Positions 48,569 through 52,889 of a stretch of 52,889 nucleotides of DNA are shown piece after piece (within the stretch, counting starts at the first letter, position 1; each line of letters opens with the position of its first letter). Made by a program: the position numbers and the translations under genes. The DNA comes from Gemmatimonadota bacterium (GTDB taxonomy: Bacteria > Gemmatimonadota > Gemmatimonadetes > Gemmatimonadales > GWC2-71-9). The notes beneath the pieces are model-generated. The model searched no databases. It worked only from the letters and a program-made list of their open reading frames with translations, and was not told where the DNA came from. Location of the stretch: assembly GCA_039588295.1 (NCBI GenBank), contig JBDHAB010000013.1, positions 1 through 52,889 of the forward strand. Direction: 5' to 3'.

Positions 48569-50128
48569 ATGACGACGCTCCGGAATGGTATCCTCATTCT
48601 GGATTATGGGTCGCAATACACCCAACTCATTGCTCGGCGCGTGCGTGAGAGCCATGTGTATTGCGAGATTCACCCACCACCGGCCTCGCTGGACGAGGCG
48701 CAGGCACGCCAGCCGAAGGGGATCATCCTCTCGGGTGGGCCGAACTCGGTGTACGACGAAGGTGCGCCCCAGATCGACCCGGCCGTCGCGACACTCGACA
48801 TCCCGGTGCTCGGCGTGTGCTACGGGATGTACCTCGTGGCGCTCGCGGCCGGTGGCGAGGTCGAGGCGTCGGGTCGGCACGAGTACGGTCGGGCCGATCT
48901 CACGGTGCGCGCGACGGACACGCTGTTTGGCGGATTCGATCCTGATGAGCGCATTCAGGTGTGGATGAGCCACGGCGACCGCGTCACCGCCTTGCCCGAC
49001 GAGTTCCTCCTGATCGGCTCGAGCGAAAACAGCCCGATCGCCGCCTTTGCCTCATCATCGCGCCGCCTCTATGGCGTGCAGTTTCATCCGGAAGTGGCGC
49101 ACACGCCTCGAGGCGGCGAGATCCTGCGCAACTTCCTCTTCGGGGTCTGTCACTGTACGCCCGACTGGACTGCCGGCCATTTCATTGCCGAACAGGTCGA
49201 GAGCATTCGCGCGCGGGTGGGACCACGCACGCGCGCAATTTGTGGCCTCTCGGGCGGGGTGGACTCGGCCGTCGCGGCCGTTCTGGTCCACCAGGCGCTG
49301 GGAGAGCGCCTGACTTGTATCTTCGTCGATCACGGTCTGCTCCGCCTGCACGAGGCCGAGCAAGTGGAGCAGGTCTTTCGCTCCCACCTCGGGATGGATC
49401 TCCGCGTCATTGACGCCACTGGGCAGTTTCTGGGCCGCCTCGAAGGCGTGGAGGATCCCGAGGAAAAACGACGCGTCATCGGGCACACGTTCATCGACGT
49501 ATTCGAGGATGCCGCAACCCATGTCGGCGACGATGTGCGATTCCTCGTGCAGGGCACGCTCTACCCCGACGTCATTGAATCGGTGTCGCCCCGAGGCGGG
49601 CCATCCGTCACGATCAAGACCCACCACAATGTCGGCGGGTTGAGACCGGACTTGCCGTTCGAGCTGATCGAGCCGCTCCGTGAGCTGTTCAAGGACGAAG
49701 TGCGCCAGGTCGGGCGGGAACTTGGCCTGTCTGAGGAGATCGTGGGCCGTCACCCGTTTCCCGGACCCGGTCTCGCCGTCCGCATTCTGGGTGGCGTGAC
49801 GCGTGACGCGTTGCGGATCCTTCGGGAAGCCGACGCAATCTACCTGGAAGAAATTCGCGACGCCGGGGTGTACGACGAGATCTGGCAGGCATTCGCCGTC
49901 CTGCTCCCTGTGCGCGCAGTGGGTGTCATGGGCGATGCCCGGACCTACGAAAACGTCATCGCCCTCCGTGCGGTCACGAGCACCGACGGGATGACCGCTG
50001 ATTGGTACCCGTTTCAGTCCGCCGTCGTGGGGCGGATGGCAAGCCGGATCATCAACGAGGTCGACGGTGTGAACCGCGTGGTCTACGATGTGAGCTCGAA
50101 GCCACCTGCCACGATTGAGTGGGAGTAG
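48569..50128 (+). CDS. guaA: GMP synthase (glutamine-hydrolysing)
   Basis: LDYGSQY, GVCYG, QFHPE, SGGVDS and KPPATIEWE motifs. Confidence 0.97.
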   Translation: MTTLRNGILILDYGSQYTQLIARRVRESHVYCEIHPPPASLDEAQARQPKGIILSGGPNSVYDEGAPQIDPAVATLDIPVLGVCYGMYLVALAAGGEVEASGRHEYGRADLTVRATDTLFGGFDPDERIQVWMSHGDRVTALPDEFLLIGSSENSPIAAFASSSRRLYGVQFHPEVAHTPRGGEILRNFLFGVCHCTPDWTAGHFIAEQVESIRARVGPRTRAICGLSGGVDSAVAAVLVHQALGERLTCIFVDHGLLRLHEAEQVEQVFRSHLGMDLRVIDATGQFLGRLEGVEDPEEKRRVIGHTFIDVFEDAATHVGDDVRFLVQGTLYPDVIESVSPRGGPSVTIKTHHNVGGLRPDLPFELIEPLRELFKDEVRQVGRELGLSEEIVGRHPFPGPGLAVRILGGVTRDALRILREADAIYLEEIRDAGVYDEIWQAFAVLLPVRAVGVMGDARTYENVIALRAVTSTDGMTADWYPFQSAVVGRMASRIINEVDGVNRVVYDVSSKPPATIEWE

Positions 50129-50200
50129 CGCCGGCACACGGCCGCCCAGTCCTCCCGCGAGGGCCGGGTGGGGCGGGACCTTCCTCCGCTCGCAGGCCGC

Positions 50201-50653
50201 TCAGACCCGCTTTTCGTCCAGCAGCGCCAGGAAGTTGTCGGGGTCGTCCAGTTTCGCGAGGCGTTCCGGAATGTCCGGTTCCTTGGCGAACTGCGCGATC
50301 CTGCCAAGCACCGGCAGATACTGATTCGACACTTCGAGCGGTGGTGCGACGATCAAGAAGAAATCGTAGACAGGCTTCTCATCGATCGCGCGGAAGTCGA
50401 TGCCGTCGGGCTTGCGTCCGAAAGCTACCCGCAGCCGCTGCACGACGAGTGAGCGACAGTGCGGAATCGCAATCCCGCGTCCAATGCCCGTGGAGCCCAG
50501 ATTTTCCCGCCGCTTGAGCATCTTGTACAGCATCGCCTCGGACTTCTCGTCGAGCTTGAGCAACCCGATGAGTTCCTTCAGGATCCCGTCCTTGTCGGTA
50601 CCCTGCAACTGGAGCGAGATCGCATCAGCGGAAAAGAATTCTCGTAGGTGCAT
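50201..50653 (-). CDS. PTS EIIA-type-2 (PtsN-like) protein
   Basis: RENLGSTGIGRGIAIPH and IDFRAIDEKPV motifs. Confidence 0.9.
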   Translation of the reverse strand: MHLREFFSADAISLQLQGTDKDGILKELIGLLKLDEKSEAMLYKMLKRRENLGSTGIGRGIAIPHCRSLVVQRLRVAFGRKPDGIDFRAIDEKPVYDFFLIVAPPLEVSNQYLPVLGRIAQFAKEPDIPERLAKLDDPDNFLALLDEKRV

Positions 50654-50686
50654 GGTGACCGTTACTCAACAGTTCAAAGCCCGCAC

Positions 50687-50748
50687 AACGTAATGACGGG
50701 ATGATTCGCCTGTCAAACGTTGCCGGGCTATCCGGGGGTCGTTAAGTT
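50687..50748. promoter_or_regulatory. Divergent sigma70 promoters for PTS IIA and dusB
   Basis: Minus strand TTGACA(50716-50711)-N18-TACGTT; plus strand TTGCCG(50720)-N17-TAAGTT. Confidence 0.55.
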
Positions 50749-50757
50749 CGCCTCACG

Positions 50758-51741
50758 ATGACGTTCCCCTTCGAGGTGCGCACGCGCGTGCCACTGTTTC
50801 TCGCGCCCATGGCTGGCGTGTCCGAGCCGCCGTTCCGCCGGCTCTGCCGCTCGTTCGGGGCGGACGTGGTCGTCTCGGAGTTTCTCTCGAGCGAGGGACT
50901 GCGACGCGGGGTGAGGAGTGTGCACGATGGCGCCTTCTTCACCGCGGAAGAGCGGCCGATAGGCATTCAACTCTACGGCGCTGATGCGGCGGGGATGGCC
51001 GAGGCCGCGGTGCTGGTGACCGAGCACTATCGGCCGGATTTCGTCGACATCAACTTCGGCTGTCCGGTCAAGAAGGTCGTGAAACGCAACGGCGGGTCGG
51101 GGTGCCTCAAGGACCTCGGCCTGGTGCAGCGGATCATCCGGGCGGTCAAGGAGGTGGTGGATGTCCCGGTCACGGTGAAGACGCGCAGCGGATGGGACGA
51201 AACCACGCGGACGCCCGTCGACATCGCCCTCGCCTGCCAGGAGGCTGGTGCGGAGGCGTTGACCCTGCACCCCCGCACGCGGACGCAGATGTATACCGGT
51301 GCGGCACGGTGGGACGAAATCGCCGCCGTGAAACAGGCGCTGGATATCCCGGTGGTTGGTAACGGCGATATCCGGACCGCCGCAGATGCTCATCGCATGT
51401 GGGATCACACCCGGTGTGACGGGATCATGATTGCGCGCGGATCGTTCGGCAATCCGTGGATCTTCCAGCAGGCAAGGGCGGTGTTGGAGGGTCGCAGCCC
51501 GCCCCGAGATCCTGCCGCCGCGGAGCGATTTGCCGTCGCGCTGTGGCACGCCAGGCTCCAAGTGGCGATCCAAGGTGATTCCCGGCGCACGGTACTCGAG
51601 TTCCGCAAGCACCTCGGCTGGTATGTTCGCGGCCTCCCAGGGGCGGCCGGTTTGCGCAGGCGATTGCACGAGATCGAGTCGATGGCCGAGATTGAGCGGC
51701 TGTTCCGTGAGTACTCGGGCCCGCGTGAGGCCGTGGGATGA
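50758..51741 (+). CDS. dusB: tRNA-dihydrouridine synthase
   Basis: LAPMAG, DINFGCP, HPRTR and GNGDI motifs. Confidence 0.95.
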   Translation: MTFPFEVRTRVPLFLAPMAGVSEPPFRRLCRSFGADVVVSEFLSSEGLRRGVRSVHDGAFFTAEERPIGIQLYGADAAGMAEAAVLVTEHYRPDFVDINFGCPVKKVVKRNGGSGCLKDLGLVQRIIRAVKEVVDVPVTVKTRSGWDETTRTPVDIALACQEAGAEALTLHPRTRTQMYTGAARWDEIAAVKQALDIPVVGNGDIRTAADAHRMWDHTRCDGIMIARGSFGNPWIFQQARAVLEGRSPPRDPAAAERFAVALWHARLQVAIQGDSRRTVLEFRKHLGWYVRGLPGAAGLRRRLHEIESMAEIERLFREYSGPREAVG

Positions 51742-52547
51742 CCGAAGAGCGACTGGCCGAACTCCTGGGACAGGTGGCGCGCCACGAGGTTTCGCAGGCC
51801 GAGGCACTCGAGCGGCTGCGGACCTTTCCAGTCGAGGATCTGACGTACGCGCAGGTGGACCACCTGCGGCCGCTTTCTCAAGGCCATCCCGAAGTGGTGT
51901 TCTGCGAGGGGAAACAGGTCGAGCAGGTGGTCGGCATCTGTGAGAGCCTCGCGCGGTCCGGCGGGACGTTTCTGGCCACTCGGGCTGGGGACCACGTCAT
52001 GGAGGCGCTCCGAGCCCGGTTTCCCAGGGCGGAGGTCAATCGGACGGCGCGCACGGTAGTCCTGGCTCCGGACCCGCCGCGCGCTCCCAGCGGGCGGGGA
52101 ACGATCCTCGTCGTCACGGCCGGGACCAGTGACCTGGCCGTGGCCGAGGAAGCCGTGACCGTCGCGCGGGCGCTGGGGAACGCGGTCGAGCTGCTGGCCG
52201 ACGTGGGCGTGGCCGGCATTCACCGAATCCTGCGGCAGTCAGATGCGCTGCTGCGGGCGGAGGTCCTGATCGTCGTGGCGGGGATGGATGGCGCCCTACC
52301 AAGCGTGGTTGGTGGGCTTGTCAGAGTCCCGGTGATCGCGGTGCCGACGAGCGTGGGATACGGCGCCTCTTTTGGGGGGGTTGCCGCGCTCTTGGCGATG
52401 CTGAACTCTTGTGCCTCGGGCGTCGTGGTGGTGAATATCGATAACGGTTTCGGCGCCGCGGTGGCGGCCTCGAGAATCAACCACCTGCGTGCCAGGGAGC
52501 GTGACACCGCGGCGGATGCGGTCGAGACGGTTGCCGATAAGTCCTAG
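51738..52547 (+). CDS. larB: LarB/AIR-carboxylase family protein
   Basis: PEVVFCEGK, TAGTSD, DVGVAGIHR, PTSVGYG and VNIDNGFGA motifs. Confidence 0.92.
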   Translation: MTEERLAELLGQVARHEVSQAEALERLRTFPVEDLTYAQVDHLRPLSQGHPEVVFCEGKQVEQVVGICESLARSGGTFLATRAGDHVMEALRARFPRAEVNRTARTVVLAPDPPRAPSGRGTILVVTAGTSDLAVAEEAVTVARALGNAVELLADVGVAGIHRILRQSDALLRAEVLIVVAGMDGALPSVVGGLVRVPVIAVPTSVGYGASFGGVAALLAMLNSCASGVVVVNIDNGFGAAVAASRINHLRARERDTAADAVETVADKS

Positions 52548-52560
52548 TTACCGTTAAATT
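52531..52560 (+). promoter_or_regulatory. sigma70 promoter of ssrA
   Basis: TTGCCG-N18-TAAATT, 21 nt before the tmRNA 5' end. Confidence 0.5.
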
Positions 52561-52581
52561 TAGGCGTCGGCTGCTGAGAAA

Positions 52582-52889
52582 GGGGGCGACTTGGCTTCGA
52601 CGGGTCTGGTGAGGACTCCGAGGCGTGCCCAGGTTCCCGGTACCCTGGCTAAACCACTGGGAAAACGCACAATTGCCAACACTGACTTGGCTCTGGCTGC
52701 CTAAGCTTCGCGCTTAGCGCACCTGCCCGCGTAGCGGCCCGGCCCGAGGCAACGCGCGGGTATCGGAGTATCGGGCTGGCACCGCGTGCCGCTCTCACGC
52801 GTGGTGTAAGACTTCAGCGGGAGCTTGTTCGCGGAACGGTCGGTCGCGAACCGATCCGTGGAGACCACAATCGCGGCCTACGCACGTAG
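52582..52889 (+). ncRNA. ssrA: tmRNA, 3' end beyond window
   Basis: 5' end GGGGGCGACTTGGCTTCGAC; tag reading frame at 52675..52704 gives ANTDLALAA-stop. Confidence 0.93.

Overview
High-GC bacterial chromosome segment, probably Gemmatimonadota (inferred from protein style and gene order). The first ~14.7 kb is accessory. It holds a DUF418 gene, decayed integron-cassette (attC-like) relics, an MBL hydrolase flanked by direct repeats, a Ser/Thr kinase, a 14-repeat beta-propeller lipoprotein, CAP and other lipoproteins, and a small Ras-like GTPase / HD-GYP / zinc-ribbon signalling operon. It also holds a probable outer-membrane protein, tRNA-Arg(TCG), a proC with a sigma54-like promoter and a thioesterase. 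The rest is core housekeeping: tyrA-aroA-cmk-rpsA, an acyl-CoA carboxylase, rplM-rpsI-rpsB-tsf-pyrH-frr-cdsA-dxr-rseP, a second kinase, rpsO-pnp-M16 peptidase-ald, mreBCD-mrdA-rodA, accD-folC-hisS-proS-lysA-guaA, a PTS IIA gene, dusB-larB and a tmRNA cut by the window end. Best leads: (1) adjacent TyrA and AroA homologues that are intact ORFs yet have both lost their substrate-binding residues while keeping cofactor/PEP residues; (2) the GTPase-coupled c-di-GMP phosphodiesterase operon with an Arg-rich putative effector; (3) a candidate structured ncRNA near 7.3-7.45 kb; (4) attC relics, CTG starts, leaderless genes and ribosomal-protein leader RNAs. All calls come from reading motifs by eye; no searches were run.
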